Origin: Stylophora pistillata | Lineage: Eukaryota | Length of the DNA stretch: 64,000 nt | Assembly (NCBI RefSeq): GCF_002571385.2 | Contig: NW_019217932.1 | Coordinates: 160,329-224,328, forward strand | Direction: 5' to 3' | Part shown: one piece after another, positions 63,688 through 64,000 of the stretch | Numbering within the stretch: position 1 is the stretch's first letter | How the letters are laid out: every line of letters begins with the position of its first letter | Notes under the pieces: generated by a model | Seen by the model: the letters and a program-made list of their open reading frames with translations, nothing else | What the model was told of the DNA's origin: nothing | The model's database searches: none | Position numbers and translations under genes: made by a program

Positions 63688-63920
63688 CGTCCGTCTACTG
63701 ACGGTTCCGCTCGATTTCAGTCACTAGCGTCCGTCTTCGGACCGTTCCGTCCGATTTCAGACAAGTTCGTCCATCTACCGTCGGACGGTTCTGCTCGATT
63801 TCAGTCACTAGCGTCCGTCTTCGGACCGTTCCGTCCGATTTCAGACACGTTCGTCCATCTACCGTCGGACGGTTCTGCTCGATTTCAGTCACTAGCGTCC
63901 GTCTTCAGACGGTTCCGTCG
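63688..63920. repeat. GC-rich 84-bp tandem repeat (~2.7 copies; dimer of related 44+40-bp subunits)
   Basis: gacggttc recurs at 63700, 63784 and 63868. Subunits share cgtcc.tct...cggac.gtt...cgatttcag. Confidence 0.85.
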
Positions 63921-64000
63921 ATGTGTCTAACAGTTCCACGACTAGTCTGACTCTTCCAAAGGATTATCTTGGATTTTTCAAAGAAGAAACGGGGGGAGGG

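Noticed and set aside
63688-63920. CRISPR-like array
   Set aside because: No unique spacers and eukaryotic context; a plain tandem repeat. The same applies to 28819-28985 and 32162-32302.

Overview
Intron-rich eukaryotic DNA, most likely from a scleractinian coral; this is inferred from the repeat families and gene content, not shown directly. Exons were assembled by hand from splice signals and frame/phase arithmetic. (1) TTC17-like gene (+, 359..16306, 15 exons, ~1227 aa) with two TPR modules separated by a ~600-aa low-complexity exon and a probable GC-AG intron. (2) An intact plant-WAT1/UMAMIT-like EamA transporter (+, 17454..19741, 360 aa), followed by two pseudogenised tandem copies and a fourth exon-1 remnant. 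(3) A minimal SCUBE-like gene (-, 28311..40172): unrecognised ~220-aa N-terminal domain, 2 EGF, spacer, 1 Cys-rich repeat, CUB, SCUBE C-tail, plus a probable alternative signal-peptide first exon. (4) An arylsulfatase B/I/J-like gene (-, 50888..58022, ~1066 aa) in which the formylglycine Cys is replaced by Asp (DSPSR) and the partner catalytic His by Gln (GKWQLG), fused to a ~500-aa mucin-like stalk and a C-terminal transmembrane helix. This candidate membrane-tethered pseudo-sulfatase is the most striking finding. (5) An uncharacterised 197-aa ORF (-, 62053..62646). Introns and intergenic DNA carry many MITEs, tRNA-SINEs, Penelope-type fragments with minimal hammerhead ribozymes and tandem repeats. 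There is one assembly gap (8855..9292).
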